Source: a virus
Lineage: Duplodnaviria; Caudoviricetes
DNA: 64,000 nt
Virus record (IMG/VR): IMGVR_UViG_2645728093_000001
Location: 16,033 to 80,032 of that record
Direction: 5' to 3' (one strand)
Part shown: positions 63,586 through 64,000 of the stretch, in pieces
Layout: each line of letters begins with the position of its first letter
Numbering within the stretch: the stretch's first letter is position 1
The notes under the pieces: generated by a model
What the model saw: only the letters and a program-made list of their open reading frames with translations
What the model was told of the DNA's origin: nothing
Databases searched by the model: none
Program-made: the position numbers and the translations under genes

Positions 63586-63626
63586 AAAGCCCGACGGCGG
63601 GGTTCCCCTCGCCGGGTCTTTTTTCT
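63586..63626 (+). terminator. Probable intrinsic terminator of the late operon
   Basis: Imperfect GC-rich hairpin followed by TCTTTTTTCT. Confidence 0.5.
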
Positions 63627-63790
63627 AGCGCGGTTGCCTCGCGTGTGTGCGTCGCTCCAAGTGAACCCGCGACGCGGGCTATCGGGATCCTAAGGGTCTA
63701 ATGCAGAGACGACGCTATCCACCGCCTGCAATCCTGCGACTAGCTGGGATTTGTTCACTTTTACGTCGGGATCATTATGAACTGGATAGT

Positions 63791-64000
63791 AGAGCTGGCC
63801 CCGCAAATTCGGACAGTAGCTTGAGTGGATTTTCTGCCTGACAGCGGCGAGGATTCTTGCTGCGAATCAGGAGCGAAGATGACGAAGAAGAGCCGCCGGA
63901 CGCATTCTCCGGCATTCAAGGCGAAGGTTGCTTTGGCTGCGGTCAAAGGCGACAAGACACTGGCGGAGCTGGCGCAACTGTTTGATGTTCATCCGAACCA
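63791..64000 (+). mobile_element. IS3-family insertion sequence, left end (truncated by window)
   Basis: IR-like AGAGCTGGCCCCGCAAATTCGGACAG; OrfA from 63879 MTKKSRRTHSPAFKAKVALAAVKGDKTLAELAQLFDVHPN. Confidence 0.88.

Larger units (their letters stand above)
1..63630. mobile_element. Temperate siphovirus-like prophage (left end lies outside the window)
   Basis: Contiguous immunity, replication, packaging, head, tail and lysis modules; no integrase or att site visible in the window. Confidence 0.95.

Noticed and set aside
63630-63790. attR or tRNA at the right prophage end
   Set aside because: No recognisable tRNA fold, and no partner att copy is available in the window

Overview
The window is almost entirely one high-GC temperate siphovirus-type prophage; the host is probably an alphaproteobacterium such as Bradyrhizobium (inferred from the GcrA homologue and IS type). 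Gene order: leftward early genes, a replication initiator with iteron origin, cI/cro immunity switch, early operon (GcrA, LexA-type HTH, MT-A70 methyltransferase, RuvC-like, DnaN, C5 methyltransferase, primase, DnaB), late regulator and HNH, a ~12 kb antisense accessory block (17.8-28.8 kb), candidate cos, HK97-type head genes with two capsid paralogues, tail genes with several SGNH esterases, lysis genes, and the start of an IS3-family element. The best candidate for an undescribed system is the 12 kb block between the packaging HNH gene and terS. It holds ~25 mostly tiny co-oriented ORFs, including an ArdC-like domain and a DUF3560-methyltransferase fusion, and is organised by two repeat families: (A) 11 copies of a covarying 5-bp-stem ANNG-loop hairpin 17-21 nt upstream of start codons, and (B) ~15 co-oriented CCCCTCGGCTACGGCCGATTT-type elements, usually paired between genes. 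By eye, CTCGAG is absent from the block and GTCGAC from most of it, although both are common elsewhere. Its position would make it the first-ejected end of the virion DNA, so I infer a phage 'leading region' or anti-defence cassette array. All family assignments are from motif recognition by eye, not database searches, and counts are manual.
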